Source of the DNA: Escherichia phage Psq-1
Sequence record: PQ595991.1
Reading direction: 5' to 3' (one strand)
Length of the DNA stretch: 44,183 nucleotides
Made by a program: the position numbers and the translations under genes. Numbering within the stretch: position 1 is the first letter of the stretch; every line of letters starts with the position of its first letter. Shown in pieces: positions 36,340-43,917 of the stretch. Below the pieces are notes generated by a model. That model worked only from the letters and a program-made list of their open reading frames with translations. It did no database searches and was not told where the DNA came from.

Positions 36340-37068
36340 TTAACGGCGGCGACGTTTACGTGGTGCTTCGTCTTCGTCGTCGTCCTCATCTTCGTCATCG
36401 CGTGGCTTACGACGTTTACGAGGTTTCTCGTCTTCATCTTCGTCGTCGTCATCGCGGCGCTTGGATTTTTTGGACTTGCGCGGGCTTTCATCTTCGTCAT
36501 CGTTGTCCAGGTCTTCGTCGGAGCAAGAAGCCCCGCCACCACCGAAGGATTCACCATCATCGCGGAAGCGAAGACCCAGCAGGCCGGCCCCGAGGCCTTT
36601 ACCGTTGGTATTGTTCCATGCCCAAATATCCAGGGACACGTTGCAATAACAACCGGAGTAGATCTCCCGGCCTTCGATCTCGTCGCCTTCTACGGTCAGA
36701 CCTTGTTCCGTCTGCTTCTCGCCGAGTGACGTTTGAATGTTTGGTTGTTTGAACGATTTGGTGTTGATATACAACATGCCTTCGAATTCTTCGGTTACTT
36801 CGTCGCGCTCGTCACCGTCGCGAACAGCGCATTCCTTAGAATCCTGGGCGTAGTGGCGCTCCATCCACTTATCGGCGTTCTTCTCGGATTTCAGCTTATC
36901 GGTGAGCACTGCGCGCGCTGCCGCTTCCACTTTGTCCACCTGCGGATCTTCTTTATCCAGAAGAATCACGGCACGGTATGCCGGTTTCTGGCCATCCTTT
37001 TTAGGGGTATCGCGCTCCCAAATATTAAGGAAACATACACGCACATTTTTCAGGTTGACTTTAGCCAT
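36340..37068 (-). CDS. DUF2815-like ssDNA-binding-type protein with charged low-complexity tail
   Basis: N-terminus MAKVNLKNVRVCF typical of this family; C-terminal 80 aa alternate acidic runs with KRRK/PRKRRRR blocks. Confidence 0.55.
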   Translation of the reverse strand: MAKVNLKNVRVCFLNIWERDTPKKDGQKPAYRAVILLDKEDPQVDKVEAAARAVLTDKLKSEKNADKWMERHYAQDSKECAVRDGDERDEVTEEFEGMLYINTKSFKQPNIQTSLGEKQTEQGLTVEGDEIEGREIYSGCYCNVSLDIWAWNNTNGKGLGAGLLGLRFRDDGESFGGGGASCSDEDLDNDDEDESPRKSKKSKRRDDDDEDEDEKPRKRRKPRDDEDEDDDEDEAPRKRRRR

Positions 37069-37158
37069 TTTCAAATTCCTCATTTTCACATGTATCGGGG
37101 TTATTGTGAGCCACCCCGTTCGGCTTGGTTGCTAATCTACTTGGTTGCGCCTAAGCGG

Positions 37159-37401
37159 TCAAGCACTTTCATTAAAAAGATTTCTGGTCACGTAGTTGGT
37201 GGCGTTCTCGATCCAGCTTAACGGCGGTCGGTCGATGTTCTTCTCCACCAAGTCGACGGCAGCGTCACTATATCCATCGTCCAGCCAGCGGGTCGGATGG
37301 CGAATCATCCAGGCCACCATTAACACGCCTTGCACGCAATGCAGGATAAAGCCCAGCGCGCCGAGCAAAAACATCAATAAGATTGCAAATACTTTATTCA
37401 T
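37159..37401 (-). CDS. small membrane protein (80 aa)
   Basis: Two hydrophobic segments (FAILLMFLLGALGFILHCV, GVLMVAWMI). Confidence 0.4.
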   Translation of the reverse strand: MNKVFAILLMFLLGALGFILHCVQGVLMVAWMIRHPTRWLDDGYSDAAVDLVEKNIDRPPLSWIENATNYVTRNLFNESA

Positions 37402-38824
37402 TGCTTAAGTCCTCGTCAGTAGCTTCAGACCACGTGGGGCGCGGGTCGTCGATTGGTGCTAACACCGGTTTTGCAGGTGCGCGTGTGATTTTAGCACACA
37501 GCTTCGCCCACACTTTCGGTTTTTCGTCCTTCAGCACCTTCTCGGCATCGGTAGGGCTGAGCAATGTTTCTTTGTACATCACATCGCGCTTAATCCGAGC
37601 CTTAGTGAATATTTCAATCACTTCGCTCTCGTCCGCCCACTTACGGATTCCTTCCTTACCGGCAACCATCTTGAGGCCCAGCGATTCGCCATCCCCAGCC
37701 ATTACCGCTTTGAATACCGCGGACTCGATAGCTTTGATGTGCTGGCGCATTGCGTCCAGGCCTTCATAAGCCTTGCGCAGTTCCGCCGCGCTCATAGCTC
37801 CTGGTGTGGATTCCTTCTTGCCTCGTTTAGCACGTCGGGCAGCCTTCCGGGCTTCGCGGGCCATATTGCGATTGTGGTTGGCGCATTCTTCCTCGGTCGC
37901 CACGCTCACGTCGTCGCCCAGGTCTTCGTCGGTTGCCGTTGGCGGGGTCATCGTGTCGATTGCGGCCTTCGCCCGGACGCTGCACTGATCCGCGAAGCGA
38001 CACCACTGGCACGCATCAACGCTCGGTCGGAAGTCGGCGCGGTTGAGTCCCTTTTTGCCGCGTTCGTACGCATCCAGTGCGATGACAGCGCGCTTGGACG
38101 CAAACTTCGCGAATATTTCCAGGGCTTCTACCGAAATATCCCACTCTGACGCCCCGCCGCAATACGGCTGGAAGATGACCAGGCGCACGGTCGTAATGTC
38201 GTACATGGTTTGCAGCTTGCGCAGCAGGCCGAGCGCGTACAACATAAGCTGTTTGTTTTCTTTCGCCTCGACCTTATGTCGACCAGTCTTCAGGTCGCCA
38301 ACAATCAGCATGTACGTGCCGTCGGTCTTCTTCATGACCATGACCATATCGGCAGTGCCGAACGTTTTAACCTTGTTACCGTCGATCTCGACGCCGGGGT
38401 GGAGAACGCGGGTGAGATCGGAGCGCATCTCAAGCTGGACAAACTCCGCCACTTCAAGGAGCGGTCGCCAGTGGTCGATGTACGCATCGCACTGCTTCAC
38501 CATATCGTCGTTGACCAGTACGCCGCCTTTCGGTGCTTTTGGGTGGGCCTTTACCGGTCCCTTGCCTTCGTTCTCGACGTAACATCCTTTATACGTCTTC
38601 GCGGTTATTTTCTTCTCACCGGCGATAATGCGGTTTAGCACCACTTCAGATACTGTGTGCATACTCGTACCGTTAATCGCTGCCTGCCCGGATTCGTTCG
38701 GGATATCTTTTTCTACCACCAGGGCGGCGGGACACCCCATCCATTTTTTAGCACCGGATGGTCCGAGTAATGAGTGCTCCGTATTGCTACCGGATTGCGT
38801 CTTACGTTTTGGTTTAATCGCCAT
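37394..38824 (-). CDS. DUF2800-like PD-(D/E)XK (Cas4-like) nuclease
   Basis: 476 aa; nuclease-core-like LIVGDLKTGRHKVEAK; C-terminal Cys cluster CQWCRFADQC consistent with an Fe-S site. Confidence 0.6.
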   Translation of the reverse strand: MAIKPKRKTQSGSNTEHSLLGPSGAKKWMGCPAALVVEKDIPNESGQAAINGTSMHTVSEVVLNRIIAGEKKITAKTYKGCYVENEGKGPVKAHPKAPKGGVLVNDDMVKQCDAYIDHWRPLLEVAEFVQLEMRSDLTRVLHPGVEIDGNKVKTFGTADMVMVMKKTDGTYMLIVGDLKTGRHKVEAKENKQLMLYALGLLRKLQTMYDITTVRLVIFQPYCGGASEWDISVEALEIFAKFASKRAVIALDAYERGKKGLNRADFRPSVDACQWCRFADQCSVRAKAAIDTMTPPTATDEDLGDDVSVATEEECANHNRNMAREARKAARRAKRGKKESTPGAMSAAELRKAYEGLDAMRQHIKAIESAVFKAVMAGDGESLGLKMVAGKEGIRKWADESEVIEIFTKARIKRDVMYKETLLSPTDAEKVLKDEKPKVWAKLCAKITRAPAKPVLAPIDDPRPTWSEATDEDLSNE

Positions 38825-39012
38825 TATTCCACCCTTGAAAACTGAGCAATGTAATAGTCATGTTTAACACCGGCCCGCTTCGCGGCTTCGTTCATGGTAG
38901 CCGCCAAACCTCTGGCTTGAGTCCAGCAGCAATTCCAGTTCTGATTCATAACGATTTCTGGTTGCTCATCGCCGGTAATACGGCAGCGAAATAAAACGAA
39001 AAATATAGCCAT
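38824..39012 (-). CDS. hypothetical protein (62 aa)
   Basis: Track ORF in an operon gap; low confidence. Confidence 0.3.
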   Translation of the reverse strand: MAIFFVLFRCRITGDEQPEIVMNQNWNCCWTQARGLAATMNEAAKRAGVKHDYYIAQFSRVE

Positions 39013-39264
39013 TTATTTTGTCTCCCAGCGGTCAATTGTTTTTGCTTCGGATGCAACGGCGAAACGAACATATTCCAGATTTGAATCAGCCCAAATATAA
39101 AAGTCGGGATTAGTAAAGGTGGCGCGCTTAATTTGCGCGGGTGTGTTGCGGCGTTTATCAATTACGGCAACGCGCGATTGAAAGCTGCCGATGCGTTCGA
39201 ATAGCCAATAGTACGGGCGCTGGTCGCGGGAATCCACCGCCTCGATTAGCGTGAAGCGTGCCAT
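39013..39264 (-). CDS. hypothetical protein (83 aa)
   Basis: Track ORF with GAGGA-type RBS. Confidence 0.4.
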   Translation of the reverse strand: MARFTLIEAVDSRDQRPYYWLFERIGSFQSRVAVIDKRRNTPAQIKRATFTNPDFYIWADSNLEYVRFAVASEAKTIDRWETK

Positions 39265-39277
39265 TGTCTCGTCCTCT

Positions 39278-39304
39278 AAAAATAGGCCCGCAGATTAGCG
39301 GGCC
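39278..39304 (-). terminator. rho-independent terminator or attenuator on the minus strand
   Basis: Stem GGCCCGC / GCGGGCC with 6-nt loop, followed on the minus strand by TATTTTTA. Confidence 0.4.
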
Positions 39305-39312
39305 GGATAATA

Positions 39313-39822
39313 TTAGTCTTCCAGTTCGAAATAGGTTTCGACGATTTCTTTCAGATCTTTGTGGAAGTCTTCGACGTCGTCATCTTCCAGTTTAGCGATT
39401 GATTTGATCTCGAACGATTCCAGCAGGTCGTCAAATTCGTCGTTGGCGTCGTCGTCATCACCACCGGCGATAATCGCGGCATACTGTTTGATTTCGTCGC
39501 GCATCTCTGCCAGCGGATCGGCATCTTTCTTACCTTTGCCTTTCGCCGTGGCTTTTTTACCTTTCGCCGGTTTTTCGTCTTCGGCTTCATCGTCGTCATC
39601 TTCTACGACTTCTTTTTTGGCCTTACCTTTCGCCGGTGCTTTTTTGGTTTTCGCCGGTGCTTCGTCTTCAGCGTCGTCATCTTCTACGACTTCTTTTTTC
39701 GCCTTAGACGGCTTCTTGTCTTCCTGCGTACCAACGGCAGCGCCAACGGTTTCATAATGTTTAGCGATTGTTTCCAGTGCTACTACGCCGCGAGTAATCA
39801 GGTTTACGATTTGTTCAAACAT
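39313..39822 (-). CDS. highly charged tandem-repeat protein (169 aa)
   Basis: ATG 39822 with GGAGA upstream; two 26-27-aa repeats KKEVVEDDD-EDE-PAK-KKA-AKGK-KK plus acidic D/E runs; nucleotide-level tandem repeat at about 39540-39720. Confidence 0.5.
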   Translation of the reverse strand: MFEQIVNLITRGVVALETIAKHYETVGAAVGTQEDKKPSKAKKEVVEDDDAEDEAPAKTKKAPAKGKAKKEVVEDDDDEAEDEKPAKGKKATAKGKGKKDADPLAEMRDEIKQYAAIIAGGDDDDANDEFDDLLESFEIKSIAKLEDDDVEDFHKDLKEIVETYFELED

Positions 39823-40018
39823 GGTATATCTCCGATTGGTTAAGTTTAGGTGTCGACCATTAACTTCGTCGGTGGCCTTAACATATTGCCAGGTTACGCG
39901 TTCTCCCGTTCGGGTAGTGGACCTGGTTATATAATCACGGTTGGGAATCCTGACACTTCGATCCGGCCCCTGCGTTGCCCCTCTCCAGTTTGCGTCCTGC
40001 ATCCTGTCGACGAGGTGA

Positions 40019-40047
40019 ATATTAGATTGGTTGCATGAGGGAGTCAA
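40019..40047 (-). promoter_or_regulatory. sigma70-like promoter for the minus-strand early/replication operon
   Basis: Minus strand reads TTGACT (-35), 17-bp spacer containing TGCAACCAA, TAATAT (-10). Confidence 0.4.
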
Positions 40048-40059
40048 CAACTAATTTCA

Positions 40060-40115
40060 AAAAAAAAGCGCCGAAGCAAAATGCGACGGCGCTAACCAAT
40101 AAGAGACAATGAGAC
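40060..40115 (-). ncRNA. candidate small RNA (~56 nt)
   Basis: Minus-strand promoter TTGAAA-17-AATAAT (40122-40150) followed about 55 nt later by terminator hairpin GCGCCG...CGGCGC and a 9-U tract (plus 40059-40092); no ORF. Confidence 0.25.
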
Positions 40116-40163
40116 GGGGGTATTATTACACGCGTGCGCGCCCGTTTCAATATTCCAAAGGAG

Positions 40164-40192
40164 TTGACACCCTGCGGTTTTAGGTGTAGTTT
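40164..40192 (+). promoter_or_regulatory. sigma70-like promoter for the HTH and primase genes
   Basis: Perfect -35 TTGACA (40164-40169), 17-bp spacer, weak -10 TAGTTT (40187-40192). Confidence 0.4.
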
Positions 40193-40223
40193 CGTTGGTC
40201 ATTAACCAACCGGAGACAGAACA

Positions 40224-40553
40224 ATGAATATCGACGACGCAATCGAAATGTTAACTAAGACTGTTTGCAGTGAGACTAGCCGGTCTTGGGCATATACAGA
40301 TGCCGTTGGGGCGGTGCTATTTGAAATCGAACGTCTGCGACTTACCGAAAAAGAATTGCGCGCGAAGCTGGAATTACTCAACGGTACGGCAGCCAGCAAG
40401 CTGCAAAAGCACAATGAAGAAATGGAAGAATACAAAAAACAGGTTATCCGTTTGCGCGATGAGGGGAAGTCATGGGCGATGATCGCCGAGTTGACAGGAA
40501 TTAATCAGAGCACCGTGCGCTCCTGGGTACGCAATAACAAAACTTCGAAATAA
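40224..40553 (+). CDS. HTH domain protein, putative regulator (109 aa)
   Basis: C-terminal HTH GKSWAMIAELTGINQSTVRSWVRNNK; coiled-coil middle; first gene of the plus-strand early unit. Confidence 0.5.
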   Translation: MNIDDAIEMLTKTVCSETSRSWAYTDAVGAVLFEIERLRLTEKELRAKLELLNGTAASKLQKHNEEMEEYKKQVIRLRDEGKSWAMIAELTGINQSTVRSWVRNNKTSK

Positions 40554-40723
40554 GGCAACGGCAATGAGCTTAATTAAATTCGCTGTAACAAGACCCTCAT
40601 GGGCGATGATCGCCGAGTTGACAGGAATTAATCAGAGCACCGTGCGCTCCTGGGTACGCAATAACAAAACTTCGAAATAAGGCAACGGCAATGAGCTTAA
40701 TTAAATTCGCTGTAACAAGACCC
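40470..40723. repeat. exact 127-bp tandem duplication (40470-40596 and 40597-40723)
   Basis: Both copies read identically by eye; they span the last 28 codons of the HTH gene and the first 11 codons of the primase gene. Confidence 0.9.
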
Positions 40724-42955
40724 GCTAAAAAAGGCGAAAAAGCCAGGGCGGAAAACTTCCAGATGACAACTGATGAATTTTTCGAATTTATCAATGACGC
40801 GAAAGAAATCTCATCGGTGCACATCAACAAGACCGAGGATAAAGCTGAGTATGCGCGCCGCAAGCGCAAGGCCGATGGCATCGTGGCATATACCAGTGAC
40901 GGCCTACGCCGTAAGACCAGCGCGGTGGACCGCTCGATCCTGTTCTTTGATATTGACCGCACCGACACTCGCACCTTGCGCCGCTGCCGTAAGGCGTTCA
41001 TTGACGCGGGTCTGGAACACGTATTCCACACAACCACCGGCGATCGCCACCCGCTGAAAGGCGGCACGCGTTGCGCCCGTTTCCTTGTGCTCACAGATAA
41101 ACCAGTACCGGCGGAAGACCTGGGCCGCGTCCAGTACGCGCTGTTAGACCAACTTGGTCTGTCAGATGTGGACTTCGACGATTGTACGAAGGACACAAAC
41201 CGTCTTATGTACCTGCCACACCAGCAGTCTGTCATTAAGTGCCACCACGGCAAACGTGCCAATGTGCGGCGTCTGCTACGCCTGGCGGATAAGCTGGGAG
41301 TGGAGAAAGAGGAAGTACGCCGCGAGCTTACCCAGGGCGACGACGCAGTGGCGGACGGGATTCTGGACTGGTGCTTCCAGGCAGGATTCGAGGAGTTATC
41401 TTCCGGTCGCGGTTATGAAGTTCCGTGCCCGAACGAACATCTGCACAGCGGCGAAGGGTCGACGGCTATCATGGTCAAGGATGGCGAGATCCGTTTCAAG
41501 TGTATGCACACCGGCAACGAGTGTTGCTCGGAGCTAAATAGACACCAGCACCTTGCGCTACGTCTCATCGGGATACCGGACCACCTGAACGTCGAGCCGC
41601 ACAACATGTCACGTAAGCAAATCGCCGCCATCCTGCCAGGTCTGGACGACGAGGAAGTCGAATCCTTATATGACCACATTGTTGATGCGGTTGGCGACGG
41701 CGAAGAATATGGCGTGTGCACCGATGCGGATCTTGATAACGAGCCGGTTGCGCTGTTCAGTAAGCACGACCCGATCATCGAGGGGTTGATTAACTTTAAA
41801 TCGACCTGGTACATGGCGGGTGAGTCGAATATCGGTAAGTCTTTCTATGTGCTGGGGCAGATGGGCGCGGTTGCCGCCGGTATTCCGTTTGGCGGTGCGA
41901 AGGTCGTCCAGTCGCATTGCTTCTATTTCGATGCGGAAGGCGGCGAAGCCTCCAACCAGCGCAAAGAAGCATTGCAGATTAAATATGAGCACGACCTGGA
42001 CAAGCTGCACATTATAGACCTGCAGTCACGCGGCTGGGATATCACCAGCAAGTCCGGTTTGCGCGAAGTTATCAGCTTTATCAACCGCACCGCTAACGGC
42101 GAACCGGTTGGCCTGGTGGCGTTCGACTCACTTAACCAGACTGTTGCGCTGCGGTCCGCCGATGCTAAACCGTTTGACGAGAACAACGCCAGCGATATGG
42201 GAGAAGTGGTCAAAGCGCTGAAAGCCATTGCGGAAAATACAGGTGGCAGTGCGGGCGTCATCCACCACCCGGCGAAAGGTGCAAACGGCAGCAGAACCCC
42301 ACGCGGATCCGGCGCACTGCATGGTGCTGTCGATTCAGCTTTCTTCCTGGAACAGCCGGACGACAACCAGCCAGGACAACTCAACCTGTATCACGAAAAA
42401 TCACGTAATGGCATCAAGCAAGCGCCGCGTGGCTTCGTCCTGCTCAAGTGCAAGGTGGAGGTGGATCTCCGCAAGTCAGAAGCGTTCGCGTCGCACCAGT
42501 CCACCAGCACCGGGCCGGACTTCGGAGACGTCGTTGCCGGTTGGGACGTCAAACCAATTGCGTCCACCCCGCGCGACGAGACTCTGTACCTCGTACCAGT
42601 AGCCCTGGCACCGTTCGCTATAGAACAGGCAAAGGCCGCTGGCAAAGCCGCAGTTAAGGAAGAAAACGCCGCCGGTCCGCGCAACGAAAAAGAGAAAGTG
42701 CTTTATGCGGCCCTGGAAAAACTGATGGAAGATAACCCTAACCATACTGGATTCAGTAAATCGGCAATTGTCCGCCAGGCGGGACTCGCGAAGGGTGGTA
42801 CTTCGACGAAAGCAATCGACGATATGGTGGAGCGTGGCGTGATTGGTTTTTATACAGATCCGCACACCGGGGCCATATATGGGTCGTCGAATTTAGTCAT
42901 CAAATCGGATATTCCCATAACGCTTTCGGCGACCGACGACGACCTGAAGGATTAA
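40691..42955 (+). CDS. DNA primase/helicase-type replication protein (754 aa)
   Basis: Zn-binding-like HLHSGEGS...FKCMHTGNECC; P-loop GESNIGKS and Walker B-like LVAFDSLNQ in the C-terminal half. Confidence 0.6.
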   Translation: MSLIKFAVTRPAKKGEKARAENFQMTTDEFFEFINDAKEISSVHINKTEDKAEYARRKRKADGIVAYTSDGLRRKTSAVDRSILFFDIDRTDTRTLRRCRKAFIDAGLEHVFHTTTGDRHPLKGGTRCARFLVLTDKPVPAEDLGRVQYALLDQLGLSDVDFDDCTKDTNRLMYLPHQQSVIKCHHGKRANVRRLLRLADKLGVEKEEVRRELTQGDDAVADGILDWCFQAGFEELSSGRGYEVPCPNEHLHSGEGSTAIMVKDGEIRFKCMHTGNECCSELNRHQHLALRLIGIPDHLNVEPHNMSRKQIAAILPGLDDEEVESLYDHIVDAVGDGEEYGVCTDADLDNEPVALFSKHDPIIEGLINFKSTWYMAGESNIGKSFYVLGQMGAVAAGIPFGGAKVVQSHCFYFDAEGGEASNQRKEALQIKYEHDLDKLHIIDLQSRGWDITSKSGLREVISFINRTANGEPVGLVAFDSLNQTVALRSADAKPFDENNASDMGEVVKALKAIAENTGGSAGVIHHPAKGANGSRTPRGSGALHGAVDSAFFLEQPDDNQPGQLNLYHEKSRNGIKQAPRGFVLLKCKVEVDLRKSEAFASHQSTSTGPDFGDVVAGWDVKPIASTPRDETLYLVPVALAPFAIEQAKAAGKAAVKEENAAGPRNEKEKVLYAALEKLMEDNPNHTGFSKSAIVRQAGLAKGGTSTKAIDDMVERGVIGFYTDPHTGAIYGSSNLVIKSDIPITLSATDDDLKD

Positions 42956-43049
42956 ATTTTGCGCGCATTGGTTGCCATTTTGAGTGTTTTTAGCTGGTCG
43001 CATTGGTTGCCGTGTAGTGTAAAAATATTGAATAGTTATGCAATAAAAC

Positions 43050-43222
43050 TGCATAAAGTAAGCGGGACAAAAAGCGGGACAGACCAGGGGCGGGACAAAG
43101 CGGGACAGCACCCCCGTCCCGCCCCGGATGACGCGGCCTGGCGAGGAGCGGGACAGGCGGGACAACTACCAGTCTTTCAGACTAGACGGGGGTCAACGGC
43201 CCCCCTCGTCTGAGACTGCATA
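43050..43222. repeat. iteron-like repeat element, copy B
   Basis: Six GCGGGACA boxes, a TGCATAAA box, inverted GTCCCGC...GCGGGAC, and the same GC-rich inverted repeat as copy A (43170-43217). AT-rich stretch at 43021-43050. Confidence 0.6.
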
Positions 43223-43370
43223 AAATCCGGGATTGCAAAATACACGGCAGCACATTGTAAATTGCGGTCGTCGCGGAACTAGGCAACCAATGCGGGATGC
43301 AGAACGTGGTGTGAAAAATGCAGTCACAGCAGATAGCGATCAACTTTTTCATACGCGTGATTAATATTGG

Positions 43371-43399
43371 TTGCATTCACCTCGGCGCCTTGCTATATT
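43371..43399 (+). promoter_or_regulatory. sigma70-like promoter built from two ATTGGTTGCA boxes
   Basis: -35 TTGCAT (43371-43376), 17-bp spacer, -10 TATATT (43394-43399). Confidence 0.4.
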
Positions 43400-43426
43400 G
43401 GTTGCACACCAACAGGAGGGCGGAAC

Positions 43427-43606
43427 ATGAAAACCGAAATGGTTGATAAGCACGAAATCAAGATCGGCGATACGGTAGTCCACAACGGGGGGCTTCGCAC
43501 TGTGTGCAAGCGAGCGTTTAGCATCGATGAATTTATGGGACTGCTACTTTGGGGCGACAGCTATCGTTTAGGGTATAAACTGGTTGAGAGGGTTACGGAA
43601 CGATGA
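43427..43606 (+). CDS. hypothetical early protein (59 aa)
   Basis: ATG 43427 preceded by AACAGGAGGG. Confidence 0.45.
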   Translation: MKTEMVDKHEIKIGDTVVHNGGLRTVCKRAFSIDEFMGLLLWGDSYRLGYKLVERVTER

Positions 43607-43908
43607 GAGCACTAATCTGGAATTACACAATGGCGGTGGCAAAGCTGTACGAAGCAAAACACACAAACGGCAACGCAGACGACGCGCGCCAGGTTGTCGT
43701 CCTGGCCCAGCAGGGAATCATGGACGCGTTCGACGATATGTTTGTCCGCCTGGACGAACTTGAACCGCTGCGCGTGGCAATCTGCGAATATGCGATGGCA
43801 TTTGCCCGTGAACGCCTGGCGTATCGCTTCGGGATCGGCGAGACGGCAGTGACAAACGTCGCCCGGATTAAAGCCCAGCGTGAACTATTCGCCCAGCTTG
43901 CGAAATAA
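43603..43908 (+). CDS. hypothetical early protein (101 aa)
   Basis: ATGA overlap with the upstream gene. Confidence 0.45.
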   Translation: MRALIWNYTMAVAKLYEAKHTNGNADDARQVVVLAQQGIMDAFDDMFVRLDELEPLRVAICEYAMAFARERLAYRFGIGETAVTNVARIKAQRELFAQLAK

Positions 43909-43917
43909 GAGGCCAAA

